A DNA stretch of 64,000 nucleotides. Origin: Eledone cirrhosa (taxonomy: Eukaryota). Each line of letters opens with the position of its first letter. Position 1 is the first letter of the stretch. The notes beneath the pieces are model-generated. The model did no database searches, was not told where the DNA came from, and saw nothing but the letters and a program-made list of their open reading frames with translations. Below are positions 11,869 through 25,290 of the stretch, one piece after another. Location of the stretch: positions 123,318,001 through 123,382,000 of the forward strand of contig OZ024740.1 of the NCBI GenBank assembly GCA_964016885.1, read 5' to 3'. The position numbers were made by a program, and so were the translations under genes.

Positions 11869-12186
11869 TTGCGTTGGTATGGATATGTGATGCGTATGAA
11901 GGATGACAGCTGCATACAAAGGTGCTGAGCACCAGAAGTCGATGGAACCCGTGGAGTGGGGAGACCCAAGAAGATCTGGCGCCACGGAAAAAGGCACCCA
12001 TTACTCACTTTAAATGAGGTTGTTGTCAGGAAGGGCATTCAGCTGTAGAACTCAAGCCAGAAGCAGTTCCCATATGAGCAAGGCATGGTAAGCCGACCGG
12101 ACACTGCCCACAACAGGACAACCCATCTAACCCAAGCTAGCGTGGAAGAACCGATGTAAAACAGTGATGATGATGATGATGATGAT
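11869..12186 (+). mobile_element. RTE 3' fragment (related subfamily, internally deleted) with (GAT)n tail
   Basis: TTGCGTTGGTATGGATATGTGATGCGTATG ([10 protein letters not shown]), GGAAGGGCATTCAGCTGTAG module and GATGATGAT tail. Matches 30060-30547. Confidence 0.85.
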
Positions 12187-13949
12187 ATACTAGAAACTTG
12201 CTGTAGTGCCATGCAGACAGATTGAAGTAAAAAAGCCGTTGTTGTAAAATGAACTCTTTAACCATACAGACATCAAAGTGTAAATAAATATGTGGCTACA
12301 TAAAATTCATTTACATAATAGTAGATGGTTAAGGGGTTGACAGTCATTAAATAATTACTAGCATGTCAACACAACAGGGATTATGATTAAATAAATATAT
12401 GTACCCATGTTCATATAAATTTAAATTCAATATGAAATTAGGCCCATGAAGTAGATGTTGATGGCTTGGGATTTGAATTAGCCAACATATCTATAGTTTA
12501 TATCTTGTTGATTATCTTACACTATGCTTTTGATAAAAATGTAACACTCCTATTTGCTCAATGAGTCTGATTCAATCTGTCATCTGATCTAACACATTTA
12601 TTTGGCCCTTGGGTGGGTTTAATGGAATTTTTGTTGCTTGGAGTTGAACAAAAACCCAATGGGATGAGAATTTGATATCTTGTTAGAATGTGTCAATAGG
12701 AGAGTGGGGTGTTTAGTTCACACATTCGTTCAACAGTCTCAGAGACCCTGTAGAAAAATAATGGGAACTACTTTTCCTCCACTGATTATGACATGAAAAA
12801 AATGTTCAAATTTATATAAAATGTAACTTGTTATATGCAGGCTTCATTGTCCTGTGTAACCAACATGTGCTTCTATAGCTGGAATTACTTATAGCAAAAC
12901 CTATCAAGAGTTATCAGTAGCATAATTATCTAGGACATACAATAATGACATGCAAACTGTACTTCTCAAGGTTACAAGACCAAAATAAAAAAAATCTTGT
13001 CTGAACCACATTTAGTAGCAGGATTGATAGCACCACTTAATTTGTGGTTCAGATAAAGAGAAAATAATCGCAGCCATAATTCCCAGACAAGATCACAATC
13101 AAGTAAAATTAGATTTCAATATTGTAAACATACTCACTCGCGATATTATAAAATCAATATAACAGAAAGAAACTTAAACTAACAGCAATGTATGTATGAA
13201 ATCGTAGGCTAAATTGTGTCCTTAGATGGTCATTCAACTTGATTGTACTCGAACCCATAGGCAAGGCACTAGCATTAGATTAGGCAGCCACCTAGGGTAA
13301 ATCCTTAGAAAAACACGTTAATGGATCTTAAAGGACCAGTTTATACATATTTATATAATTAAATTAAACCTATAATTATTTCCTGTACATAAATTACTAA
13401 ATATCTTTGTTCCATGGCAGCAGTGAGGAAGTTGTTATGATCTATAATATGGAGTGGATGAGTGTGGAATGTGTAGCAAAAATGAATGTTACATGGCAGA
13501 GGTGCTGTTTTTCAGAGAAACTCTCGAACCCATGCATGGGAAAGCACTCATCTAAAAGGGTGTTAATTAATATATTTGCCATGTGATAGAAAATGTATTT
13601 AAGAGCCCCATGTTAAGTTACTGAAATAGTAACCTAACAAATAGTTCTCAAATAAATTTTCTTTGGAAGATTTCAATTTAAACAAGAATCATGTAAATTG
13701 GGTGGTTATTTCATAGAACAGGAGCTGGGTTTAGTGACGCTGTTAAGAAAATGGTTAAACTTTTTTATATCAAACTGCATGAAGCTGCCCGTAATTCTAA
13801 TATATAAAACTGTTAATTTTTAAATGTTTTGTTTTATTTAAAAAAAAAAATTACTTCATAGTTTTATCTAAGCACATTTGAAGTTATTTCCCAAACACCA
13901 GTTTGATAGTGAGAAAGTTAATTATATTACTAAATTCTTTGTTCATGCT

Positions 13950-14880
13950 TTGAGGAGCACCTTGTCACACTCTCACAGATTGTCTTGGGGAATTTTATGC
14001 GACCATCCGATTCTACGCAGAACTCATCTGCAATGTCAGTTTCTACAGCACTGGCTGGCAACAGCTGAAGCTTCCTGTGAGGTTTTGTGGCCTTGACCTC
14101 TGATCTGCATCAGATCTGGCACTGCCAGTCTACCTCTCCTCAATATCCTTCAGTCAAAACATCATCAGTGAGGTTCTCAGCAAGACTGCAGAAACTGACA
14201 CGACCCAAGAATTGGAGCATGCTCTGGCCAACTGGAACAGCGAAGTCCCCTCCGCCCGACTGTATACAAATGTCCAAACTTGAGTTTGGCATCGACCAAC
14301 ACCACCACCTTGCCTGCTTCTGTTCTGCCTTGTAAACAAACAGTGCTGTGTGGCTCAATTCAATGCTCTCATCGTCAACCAGTACCCTTTTTGATCATGA
14401 GTATATTTGCATCTGAATAGCCCAACACCTCAACCTCTGTGTGTGTGAGTCATATAAATGATGTGTTAGAACTGACATCGTTGAGTTCAACCTGTACTCA
14501 GAACACAGACCAGTTCCCACAAAATACCACTCTCAGTGACATAATGTGAAGGAGCCCTGATGCAACCAGCTTCTCATCGCAACTGGAGCCAGAAGACCTC
14601 AACTGTGGTGATGGCAAGCACCCAGATAGAATTACTCTCTTCCTTTTTAAAGGAGGTAAATCCTTCATCTGGGATGCAGCATTCTATGACACATTCTTTG
14701 CCTCCAACTAAGTTGCTTCAGCAATAAACCCTAGTAACGAAGCTCACAATGCAGAGGACAGGAAGACAAGCATATACTGGAGATTTTCCGGCTGCTTCTT
14801 CTGTGTATCTGTCACCGTCGAGACCTCAGGCAACCTTGGACCCCAAGCATCTGACTTCCTCTGTAAAATCAAATAGACCA
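13950..14880 (+). mobile_element. Decayed CRE-like non-LTR retrotransposon 3' region (restriction-like endonuclease)
   Basis: Conceptual translation of about 14580-14865 gives LEPEDLNCGDGKHPDRITLFLFKGGKSFIWDAAFYDTF...AEDRK..Y...VTVETSGNLGPQASDFL. This resembles the EP..DGKRPDG..GK..WD..ET.G..G pattern of CRE-type endonucleases. Boundaries are approximate. Confidence 0.65.
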
Positions 14881-15451
14881 TGAAGCAATAGACCATGAAG
14901 CTGGTAAGCTATGTATGGTCACACAAGGATGCAGGCGTGAACTTCTCATCCAAAGGAAAATCTTCAGTAAAATTGTGACTGTACGTAAATGGAATTAAGT
15001 CCTGCAAGTTGTGCATCGATGAAAGAACATATGAAAGACAGATTTATATACACACACACACATAAGTACAAACACACACGCACTTCTATAAGACTAGAAC
15101 TTTTTCATTCGGGAGAAATCATCAGGGAGCCAACTGTCCAAGTAATATGGTGGTATTTATACCTTTTCTGGTGGTAGGAGAGGGTGGTGATTGGGACGGG
15201 TGGAGGTCATTGGTTTATGGATTTAAAGAAAAGAGAATTCTTTACAAACTAAATTTAGAGTAACAAAGGCAGAAAGAATTAAAGCTAAGTGTCTATAGAC
15301 AGGTTCACACTGGGCACCACTCCTGATTTTTAGATTAATTTAAGCTAACGATGGCTATTCATTGGTAGATTTGCCTGAATGGTCAGGTGTCTACAATCAC
15401 ACATGCACACACACACACGTGCTCTCACCCACCCACACGCTTATATATATA

Positions 15452-17947
15452 CTAGCAGAAGTACCCGGCGTTGCCCGGGTGTAAGTCGACATTTGGTCTG
15501 TTAGAATGTGTGAAAGTTACTTCATGCGCATCACAGGTTCAAAACTTCGAACTTCAATGGAAAAAAATAGGTTAGTAGACACAGGTGTGTAATTTATTAA
15601 TTGTAGTTACACAGTGTATCGTTGAAATTGTTCTCTGCACGACTGACGGAAGTCAAAATCGCGTGATATTGAATGTTCAGTTAATTTATAGCAGGGTGAA
15701 AATGTCGATTACTTTCAGGGTTTTTTTTTTTTTTACAATGTTTGCGCTCACATGTGCAGAAGAAGAATTAAAAGGGCCTTTATCTTAACCGCGGCATAAT
15801 GGCGAGTCTTTTGTGACAGTTTTCAAGAATATAGGACGTTCCTGTAAACAGTTTTCCCATGTGTAACTTTGCCTTGTTTTTTGCGCAAAGTCGAGCCCCG
15901 CTTCAGTTTTATTGATTTTTTACATCAATGCGTGATCTCTGAAGTAGATTTGAGTAGCTAAAAACCTGTCCCGGTAAATTTGCTATAGGTGAAAAAAAGT
16001 TGATCAAAATTGTATCTAGGGTTATTGCCATTTGCCACAGCCTCAAGCCTCGTCTGACGGGATGTTGGTGATTCCTCCGTCAGCGCTTGTTGGCGACGAA
16101 GGCGAACATCAGCAAGCCTTGTCGTACGTGATGTTGGTGACTTAACCAGCCGGGAAAGACGTCTATCAGCGAGTCGAGATTCGCGCTGAGCAGGTGTTTC
16201 ATAGAGAAAATTAATTAATTCTACTGGTTAGCTAAGCCAATGGCAGTGTCAATAGTAAATGAGAAAAGTCTAACATGAACAAAAGGGAATCACGGTAAGA
16301 CAATCAATTTAATATAACTACGATTAGAATGTTGTAGTTGCTTAAAAGTGGTGACAGTTAGGATAAACGCAGTACTTGCTAACATTAAGGGAGAATATTG
16401 CATAAAGGATTAATCAATTGTGAATGAACTCATACCTGAGAACGCCTAATTCGTTGTCTCAAAGCAATAGCTGTACTTTTTTTAGAGGTAAGTCTTGAAC
16501 GTTTCCGTGTGGGCATAACGACGTGTAACGAAGCTGTTAGGTTAGAGAGAGGTGATTAACTACAGAGAGAGATGACACCAGATTCGTTAGCATGGTTACT
16601 GGTGAATGGGAAGGTTTGGAAATATGAACTTACCGAATTTTCCCGTCTATAAATTGCACTTAAAATAATTAAATTTAATCAAAAAACAGCTCTGCGCTTT
16701 ATACTCCGGTGAGCCTTATGTATAAATAATACAATGGTAATCAATCACGGCTCTAACAGAAGTAATAGATCTAGACTAAAAGTAAAGAGGATAGCATTTT
16801 CCTGGTTGGCCTTACACGCCGTTGCGCGGACCTGATTTTAAATGATACGCCTTATATCCTGGTGAGCCTTATAGAGCGGAAAATATCTATAGGAAAAGAA
16901 TACGAATTCATGACCAAGGTGTGACAAAATATGCGTCTATACAGCGCCTGAAACAAACTTGTCCAAAACCCTAGGATTTTTCCGTTAAGTATCCACCCAA
17001 AAGGAACCGTTTTTTAGTTACAAAATATAACCAAAGTGTATAGTAGCTATATTTCTGACATATCATGCCAAAAATAACAATATATTCAAAAAATGTTCTA
17101 AAGTACATTCAATCTCTCTTTTTGACCGATATCTTAATAAGCAAGTTATCGATTTTTTATTGGCTGTCAGTGTGTATCTGCATGCAGGTGTGCACGTGTG
17201 CGCAATTAATTGCAAATACGCTCATAACATTTAGTCGTAAGCAGAACAAAAAATGCCATTAGAGGTGGGCTAATAATGAAGACACAAACCCTGGTGAACT
17301 TAAGTTTAAACACCCGAAAAGTTACTCACTTCCTGTGCAAAAGACTGTATTATAAATTAAGTAATTTTTTAGAATCTTTTGTTTAAAAAAGGAAAACATT
17401 GGTACGACGTAAATTTTTTTTACTTGTATTGTATGTGTACAATGCAACTTGGTCAACGTATTATTTAGTAATTTTTTTTTCAAAAAGCATGATTATTTAA
17501 GACTGTTTGAAAATTTACTCACAGCTTTTAGGTTCACAAAAGACACCATTAAATTTGGTTCCCTTTTCAGATAGGGATAATACTGTATTTCCACTTGAAT
17601 AAGGTGTAATATGAACAGATAAACTCTTTAATGATCGGTCGTTTACTGAGACAGCTGGAAAGACATGCAGCTGGCCGTCCAATCAATAACGCACGTCCTT
17701 ATATGGACATATGAAATTTATTTTTATTGCGCCAGATGTAAACTAAGAGTTCTTGTGTTCGAATTCACATAAAATTTCATTGGAATCGAAAAACATTCTG
17801 TCATAGGGCCCGATTATCGATTTTTCGAAAATTTCAAGTAGCCTATTCCACTCTACGCGTTGCGTTTTATATATGTGTGAGATTTCATGAAAATTGGATG
17901 AACGGTGTAGCATGCAAGTTCGGTACACTAAACAATGTCCATCTTCC

Positions 17948-17960
<13 letters not shown>
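15452..17960 (-). mobile_element. Non-autonomous Helitron
   Basis: Minus-strand 3' end is a CCCGG-GCAACG-CCGGG hairpin, 8 nt, then CTAG|T. The 5' end TATATAAAGGGAAG...CCAATTTTCATGAAA resembles the Helitron at 22550-23469 and is lost in (TA)n. Confidence 0.8.
16631..16889. mobile_element. Tc1/mariner-superfamily (pogo/Tc2-like) MITE nested in the Helitron
   Basis: Imperfect TIRs TA|CCGAATTTTCCCGTCTATAA and TTATAGAGCGGAAAATATC|TA, with a repeated GGTGAGCCTTAT subterminal motif. Confidence 0.6.

Positions 17961-18003
<43 letters not shown>
17952..18003. repeat. (TA)n microsatellite
   Basis: Direct reading. Confidence 0.95.
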
Positions 18004-18004
<1 letters not shown>

Positions 18005-18006
<2 letters not shown>

Positions 18007-18087
18007 TCAGGTCACCAGTCGGTGCTACTGGTAATATGTATCCCAGTACAACCTGTCTCATGGTCGGGTCGTTGGCGACTAAACTGG
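18005..18087 (+). ncRNA. Candidate HDV-like ribozyme (possibly decayed)
   Basis: Order P1(GGTCA)-hairpin(ACCAGT/ACTGGT)-P2(CCAGT)-P3(ACA/TGT)-P1'(TGGTC)-GG-P4(TCG/CGA)-CTAA-P2'(ACTGG). L3 is only 3 nt, shorter than canonical. Confidence 0.35.
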
Positions 18088-18612
18088 CAACCCCACCAAG
18101 GTTTCTTGGTTAGGAGGGTGACTTTGGACAGCCTGCAGTACTAAAAACAAAACCTGTCAAAGGGCAAAGGAGCTCTTAAGAGTCAATGGCCATCCAAAAT
18201 CACCGGGAGAGATGACCCCTTAGCCTTTATCAAGGCAGAATTCTAGGAGAAGAAAAACTCTGATATATCACCTGCAACACTGATGGTATCCAATGATGTT
18301 GACTTGTTCTTCTTTTTGGTAAATATCATCTTGGTTAAGAGAGTGGGACTGGCTTTGTGCAGTGCCTTTGCTCACTATAAAAGCTTCACGGTACAGGCAT
18401 TGCTTTATATCTGGAGTTCTCTCTGCACTTGTCGTCACATGGTACCATGGACCCAGCACTATGTGTCAGTAATTATCACAAGTGTAGTGTTTGTACCAGA
18501 GTTTTCAAGTCGCTGGCTGGACTAAAAAGTCACTCGTTCATCGCATCGGTAGGGGTTCTCCTACATGGATATAAAGTAGTGGCCGTACTCGAAAACGAGT
18601 TGGCAGACACCA
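18005..18612 (+). mobile_element. Short bipartite RTE-derived non-autonomous element (5' UTR-like part + LINE 3' end)
   Basis: Structured 5' part with CTAGGAAGAAGAAAAACTCTGA, resembling RTE 5' UTR motifs. The 3' part encodes HKCSVCTRVFKSLAGLKSH, like the C-terminal zinc finger of BovB-type RTEs. TA-rich microsatellites flank both sides. Confidence 0.55.
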
Positions 18613-18742
18613 GGTATATATGTATGAATGTATATATGTATGTATATATATGTATATATGTATATATGTATATATGTATATATATATGCATGTATATATA
18701 TATATATTTTATTTCTTTTTATTTATTTATTATTATCATTAA

Positions 18743-18774
<32 letters not shown>

Positions 18775-19204
18775 TTTTTTGGTGCAATGGTCATACTCGA
18801 TAACGAGGGGGCAGCCATCATATATATATATATATAATCTTCATTTCTCTGTCTACTTTTCTATGATCCCAAACAATGATTTACAACTCTGTGCTGCTCA
18901 TCATTGTAACAATTTTAGTTGTATCTTACAACATGTCTGGATTGATGTACCTAATCTAAAATATGGAGTACACACATATATCAATTGATGTATATATACA
19001 TGCATTTGAATGTATGTGTTTGTGGCTTTGTTTATGTATGGGAACAGTTAGGTAGAGTGAAAGATGTAATGTACATGCATCAAAGTAACACAGACAAATT
19101 GAAAGAAAGAGAGATATACAAAAAAAAACCCTGAAAATGTTAGAGATATTCAATTGTATAAACAAGTATATGATCATCATCCACATGTACATACATACAA
19201 GCAT

Positions 19205-19370
<166 letters not shown>

Positions 19371-20275
19371 CATGGAAGATAGACATTAAATGGTGATGAT
19401 ATAAATATATATGTATATATATTTATATGTGTGTGTGTTCGTGTGTGTGTATGTACACATGCATATATCTACCTATACATATGCAAACATTCTAATTTGA
19501 ATAACTAATTTAATAGTACCACAGATGCAGATAAGCACACACATAAACACATGCATACACATGTACACATATTCGTAAATGCCCATGCATGTACAGACAT
19601 GCACACTCATGCATATAGACATACTCACTCTCACACATATGCAAATACATATTAGCCCACACACACATATATCTTATGTATCTTTCTTTGACATATTGAG
19701 AAGAAGAAATAATAATATAAATAGAAATTAGTGCAAAATGTAACAACATTTTAGTTGCATTTTGATGATAATGAATAATTTAAGAATTCACACAACCCAA
19801 AAGAAAAAAATCAAAAATATTGCTTTGTGTTGTTTTGCCCATTATTTTGTAATATCCCAAAGAATGTGTTTAAAAACATTATTTAGCCAATGAATATTTA
19901 TGCAATTGTCAAAAAATATTCAGTTGTTTAATGGAATTTCTTTAGAAATATGAAGAAAATAGTTATTTTGTAAATATTGATCTTCCACAAGCAGAATCGC
20001 TATAACAAAAGGGAAAATGTAAAAGATGTGCCATTGTTGTTGCTTTTGTTGCTGTTATTATTCGTTTAATTGTATTTTTTCATGTACATTTTGTTACCCT
20101 GTTGTGTTTTTCTTGAATTTTTTAATACTTTTATATTCTTATCTCTTTGGATTTTATCCTTTCTTTCTTCTATTCATTTCCTGAAAAGTATTTATCAACT
20201 CTTTTACAACTATCATATATTTAAAAGCATTAATAGATTTTCTAACATACTATATATATACATGTATATATGTAT

Positions 20276-20283
20276 GTATCTCT

Positions 20284-20372
<89 letters not shown>

Positions 20373-20410
20373 TGTGTGTGTGTGTGTATATATATATAAA
20401 TATATATGTG

Positions 20411-20443
<33 letters not shown>

Positions 20444-20687
20444 TTTTTCAAGCTCAAATATCCTTCTCATTTTATATATTTATCATCTGATTTTTTTTTT
20501 TTTTCGTTTACATTAATATTTTTCATTTTAGCTTATCAGCACATTAAATTGTAGACAAACATTCATATAATTTATAAGTACATATTCTTAAATATATGAA
20601 AAGTAACAACGGAAAAGTGTACCTACAGGATAGTAAAAAAAATGAGTGATGACATATTAAATAATATACATTGTTATGTTAATATAT

Positions 20688-20746
<59 letters not shown>

Positions 20747-20773
20747 CATATATATATATACATATATATATAC

Positions 20774-20845
<72 letters not shown>

Positions 20846-20926
20846 CATATATATATATATATATATAATACATGAATACAACATACATGTATGCATGTGT
20901 GTATGTATATATATATATATATACAT
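20276..20926. repeat. Cluster of (CT)n, (TA)n and (TG)n microsatellites
   Basis: Direct reading: tracts at about 20276-20442 and 20683-20926. Confidence 0.9.
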
Positions 20927-21422
20927 ATAATAAATGAGAAACAGGGTGGGAGTGACTGAAACTCCCTAAAAGTTAGATTTTCCTGTTTCATTTCCAGTAT
21001 GGAAATTGGTTAAAAGGCTAGTGTGAAGTGGCTGATAAAATAGCAATAAAAATAGCTATCACTCGTTGCATTCTAATGATAAGTTTCAACAATAACTACA
21101 AGAGAGTGGTAACATTATGGATAGTAATGAAATTTGCATAAATAGTTTTTATTTCTTCCACAAATTCAATCTTGAGATCTCACAAAGCAACGATAGAATA
21201 TTGCAGCATCAATAAGATTTTTGAAAATAAATATAATTTCATCAACGTTTAAATCTTGATAAATGTGTATGATTCCTTCTTCTTGTTCTCTTGAGTAAAA
21301 CTAAATGCTAAATATCTTCAGAGCTGCCAAAAATCATTTCAATTTTCGTTAACATTTTTTTCAGGTTTGTTTGTCTATTTTTTCAGGAATTCACTGATGC
21401 CATTGAACAATATATTCCTTTA

Positions 21423-22068
21423 TTTGTAACTTTACCAGATTCAGTTATTGTGTTTTTGCCATGTTGATGCATAGGACCTGTGAATATTCGAATGCAATGA
21501 AGCTGGCATGCTTCGATGGAATTTATAATAATATATATGAAGAGCAATGCATAAAAGAACTGAGAGAGAAGCTGGGCATAAGAGAGATCAGATGCAGTGT
21601 GCAAGAAAGGAGAATATGTTGTTGGTATGGATATGTGATACATATGAAGGCTAACAGCTGTATAAAAAGGTACAGAGCATGCAAAGTTGATGGATGCTAT
21701 AGTGTAGGAATCTAGGAAAACTTGGGATGAATTGATAAAAGCTGATCTTGTACAATTGCACATCTCAAAAACGAGAACACAGGAATTTTTCATAAATACT
21801 TCTTAACCATTTCATACCCATATGAAAGACATGCATATGTTTCCTAAATCAATTTGAAAACATTGAACAATTTGCAGGGATTTAGTAATATAACTAAATT
21901 TGCTTTGTAACTTTACCAGTTTCAGTTATTGTGTTTTTGCCATGTTGATACAGAGGATCTGTGAATATTGGCAAGCAATGAAGCTGGCATGCTTCGATGG
22001 ATGTATAATAATGATATATATGAACAGCAAAGCATAAATGAACTGAAAGAGAAATCAGGCATAAGAGT
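21423..22068 (+). repeat. Old RTE 3' fragment with local diverged duplication
   Basis: 21423-21585 recurs at 21904-22068 (TTTGTAACTTTACCAG...GGCATAAGAG). 21490-21770 translates to IKELREKLGIREIRCSVQERR..WYGYV, as in the RTE C-terminus. Confidence 0.75.
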
Positions 22069-22069
22069 T

Positions 22070-22400
22070 ATGTCCCTTTATATTCTGAGTTCAAATCCCA
22101 CTGATGTTAGCTTTCATTTCTTTCTTATGGGGTCGATAAAATAATTGCTTCTACTTTTGGTACAAGGCCAGAAATTATTTTATCAACCCTGTAAAAAAAG
22201 AAAGGCAAAGTTAACCTTGTCAGGATTTGAATTCAGACCGTAAAGGAATGTAACTCTATGCTGCAAAGCATGGCGTCTGACCCTCTACCGATTCTACCAA
22301 TCCATCGATAAAATTATATACCAGTAATGCACTGGTTCGATTTAATTGACTTTTCCTTCTCCCAAAATTGCTAGCCTTGTGTCTATAGTAGAAATAATTA
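22070..22400. mobile_element. SINE-A (minus, about 22143-22304) nested in another SINE-A-related copy (plus)
   Basis: B box GAGTTCAAATCCC at about 22087. The inner antisense copy is flanked by a 10-bp TSD, TCGATAAAAT, at 22133-22142 and 22305-22314. Confidence 0.8.
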
Positions 22401-22549
22401 ATCTATTGATTGAAATATAATTTATGAAGGTTTTTAATAAAATTATGATATAACATTTTCAGATAAATCTGAACACTTTCAAATATGCAGATTTTTTTAT
22501 CATATAACCAGTGGCCATTTCAGGCAATTTGATATCAAAATATGTTACA

Positions 22550-23469
22550 CTAGCAGCAGTACCCAGCGTTGCCTGGGTAGCTAAAATAATATCTGCTTTG
22601 ATGAAAAGATGTTGATCTTAGCGACTGCGAGTTTCTTGAAAATCGGTCGCAAATGGCGAAATGTTGAGTGCTATGTGGAATATGTGGGAGGTGGAAAAAA
22701 TCGTATTTTGAAGAGTTAAACGGCTGCCGCGCCGTCCCTGAACAAAAAATGCAAAGTGTAAAGCTACTATATGATGTGGAATGATAGGTTCTATCATAGC
22801 ATAAAAGTTGAACCAAATAAATTGATTTATGTGTGAGGTGGAACCGAAGTTTCGAATTTGAACGAATTCGGTTGAAAAATGTGGAAGCTAGAACCGAAAA
22901 TGCGGAAATTTGAGCGAAAATGTAGTATTTCCGAATATTTAAGCGGCTGCGACGCCGTTCCTTAACAAATAATCCAAAATGTAAATCCATTTTCAGACGT
23001 GAAATACTCAGATCTAGCGTAGTGTAAAATTTGAACAAAGTAGGTTGATTAATGTGGGAGCTAGAGCCGAAAGAGTGGAAATTTGAGACTAAAAGTGGTA
23101 TTTTTGAATATTTAAGCGGCTGCCACGCCTTCCCTGAAGAACAAATGCAAAATATAAAGCCATTACATGATGTGCAATGTGAAATTCTATTTTTCCTTAA
23201 AATTTGAACGAAATCGGTGTCAAAATGTGGAGCTAGAGCCAAAAAGCTCATTTTTCGATACCTAAAAAGGTGATCCCCTATCGATTTTTATCTGCAGAAT
23301 GACCCAGGAATAAAATAAACGCTTCGCTGATATATAGAAAACACTCCCCGATGACTAATCTATGAGCCTGTAAAGTTTCATGAAAATTGGTCGTAAGATG
23401 TAGGCCACTATAGGTAATACACAGACACACAGACACACACACACACACTTAATTCTATATATATACAGA
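22550..23469 (-). mobile_element. Non-autonomous Helitron with about three diverged internal repeats of about 200 bp
   Basis: Minus strand begins A|TCTGTATATATATAG plus a (TG)n tract and ends with a CCCAGGCAACGCTGGG hairpin...CTAG|T. The internal motif TTAAGCGGCTGCC.CGCC recurs three times. Confidence 0.85.
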
Positions 23470-24929
23470 TTTTATGAAACTTCTTTATCCCCATCATTAA
23501 AACTTTTATTATTGTAGATGAAATTTTTCCCATAAGAGCATATCTCAGTAGTGTCTGAAGTGTCAACGATTGTTAGAGGGTTAAGAAATGTTAATGTTCA
23601 GGATAAGTGATGTGGTAAAACTGTTTGAGAAAACCAATACCCAATTTTGTAGAACAGTGTAGATTATCAAATGGAACCATTTTGTTTAATTTGTTAATGA
23701 TCATTGAAAACTCTTGAACATTTCATATACTCCGCCATTATTGCTAAAATATGTCTTCATACATGTTTTAAAATATGTCTTCATACAGTTTTCAGTCCTT
23801 ACTATAGTCAATTCAATTCACTTTTACAATGAAGTCTATACATTTCAATAATTTTTCTATCTCTAAGGTGAAGGGTCAATCCATAGATATGAGGATCCTA
23901 TATTCTGTTGTGCCTAATGTATAAAATGTATTCAAACTTTCTGTCAATGCAAACTATCTCCAGGTTCTATGGACTCTGACTATTTATGCATGTAACATGT
24001 CATTACTGCCTTTGAATTCAGCTAACAATATAACACTCCTGTTATTCTTGCTGGCTACATGTTCATTTACTCATATATATATATTACAATAGCCTAATAG
24101 ATAAATGGTTTCTCAAATTCTACCATGAGAAATATGGAGAGTAAAAAAATTAAATGCTTTTATTTTCTGATTATTTCCTGATTAATGAAACAGGATGTAG
24201 TCTTATTAAAACAAAATATGAATATTGGAGCAGGATATAGACTTTGTGCCTTTCATTTGTTTTCTATGAATATGAAGAGCATAAATGAAGCAAAATATTT
24301 AGATAAGACTGACTAATAGAAATCCAACAAGCACATGACAGAAGTAAAGCCATAGATATCAATAGAGTAATTTATCAACAAAAGAATTTCAATGCAGGAG
24401 ATGATCATATGGTTCAATAGATTACTATGGCAAGTTGATATGCTCAGGCTTCAAATTATAATTTTACTTTAACCTAGATGACAATGCACAATTATGGATG
24501 TGTTTCCCAGTAACAAAACATTGACTTAGTGTTCCTATCTCGGAACACTACCAATTCACGTGTAAGCTTATACACAATCAATTAACATTTAAACCCATTT
24601 GAGATGTTCAGTGCCCTCTGGGATCAGTTTAATTCCTCTTTACTGTATGATTTTAATCTTGGAATTGATATTCTAATGGGAATATGATAATTTCAATAGT
24701 TACTGTCTTTGATAAGTAATGTTTTGACCAGTCTAAGTATGGATCAATCATTCAAAAAGATCCCTTACAATCCTAATTTTATCAACACACTTGAACAACA
24801 CGTAGAGGGTTATTTCTCTTGATGTTACCAATAACATACATATGCCATCATGTAATGTTGATAATAACATATGGTACTATTTCATACAAGGATTATTTTT
24901 AATAAAAACTCACTACAAGTAGCCAAAAT

Positions 24930-25290
24930 GGGGTTGCTCCAAAGCGACTTTGAAGTAATGCTATTCAATAGAATGCAGAACTAGAAAATTAGAGAGTAAC
25001 TCCAGGTAGAGTCACTACTCTGAATAGAAAGTTCAGAGCTCCATTACTATGGGCATGCAGTCAATATGTCTCAGGAAAGAATCACTGAACAGATTTTAGA
25101 AGGAAAACCAACTGACACCTGACCCAGGGAGAGACCTGAGTAAGAAAGGTAGATAACATCCAAGAAAGCAGCTGGTCTTGCTTGAGGATCCAGCCAGATC
25201 AATTGGATATGGTTGCTTCTGACAGGCATTCTTGAGGACTCTGCCCTCATGCCATTCCTAGGAATAAGTGGTTGATGATGAAGAAAAAGA
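24930..25290 (+). mobile_element. Old RTE 3' fragment
   Basis: LHYYGHAVNMSQERITEQILEGK...PRERP...DNI-like translation, followed by a GATGATGAAG tail. Confidence 0.6.

Noticed and set aside
18429-18803. C2H2 zinc-finger host gene
   Set aside because: It is a single incomplete finger typical of RTE C-termini and runs into a microsatellite.
22550-23251. 233-aa minus-strand ORF
   Set aside because: It lies inside a non-autonomous Helitron over internal repeats and has no Rep or helicase motif.
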